The notes under the pieces were generated by a model. The model made no database searches and was not told the DNA's origin. It saw only the letters and a list, made by a program, of their open reading frames with translations. From positions 1 to 5,028 of the forward strand of contig JACAFS010000061.1 in NCBI GenBank assembly GCA_013378385.1: DNA of 5,028 bases, in the 5' to 3' direction. How positions within the stretch are numbered: the first letter of the stretch is position 1; every line of letters starts with the position of its first letter. Shown piece by piece: positions 4,916 through 5,028 of this stretch. This DNA is from Nitrososphaerota archaeon (lineage in GTDB: Archaea > Thermoproteota > Nitrososphaeria > Nitrososphaerales > UBA57). Both the position numbers and the translations under genes were made by a program.

Positions 4916-5028
4916 CTATACTTTCTTGAAGATTAGTTGTTTTGTTAGTACGTCAATCTGATCAATCTCATCTATTATTAATTCACGAGAATTGGATCTT
5001 ATTTGACCTATAGATGAGCTTTTGGACA
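4916..5028 (-). CDS. Possible 3' end of an unidentified minus-strand gene running off the window (partial)
   Basis: The minus-strand frame is open from the window edge (first full codon at 5026) to TAG at 4918-4916. It reads SKSSSIGQIRSNSRELIIDEIDQIDVLTKQLIFKKV*. It is convergent with rnhA, with T-rich tracts between them. At 36 codons with no recognisable motif, this is weak. Confidence 0.3.
   Translation of the reverse strand, partial: SKSSSIGQIRSNSRELIIDEIDQIDVLTKQLIFKKV

Overview
AT-rich (about 40% GC) chromosomal segment that looks archaeal. It has a DRG-family GTPase, and five of the six genes have an AT-rich hexamer about 25-30 nt upstream of the ATG with no Shine-Dalgarno. A Nitrososphaerota/Thaumarchaeota-like origin is my inference only. 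The six confident genes are glutamine synthetase (+), a ThiT/YuaJ-like thiamine transporter S-component (-), an unrecognised 3-TM membrane protein (-), the DRG GTPase (-), thioredoxin (+) and a small archaeal-type RNase HI (+). A possible gene 3' end on the minus strand runs off the right edge. I found no tRNA, rRNA, CRISPR array, transposase or integrase. The main observation is structural. The RNase H gene is bracketed by two imperfect direct copies of the 3' tail of the thioredoxin gene. One copy is the functional trx end (4175-4251). The other is a displaced, out-of-frame relic directly after RNase H (4748-4820; the core 4782-4820 matches 34/39). The last codons and stop of the RNase H ORF appear to be built from this trx-derived relic. 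This looks like the footprint of a single-gene insertion or recombination into the trx 3' end that regenerated the trx terminus, with no recombinase in the window. The other findings are modest: leaderless promoter geometry, a bidirectional hairpin terminator, an orphan ThiT next to an unknown membrane protein, repeats upstream of glnA, and a beta-type insertion in GS.
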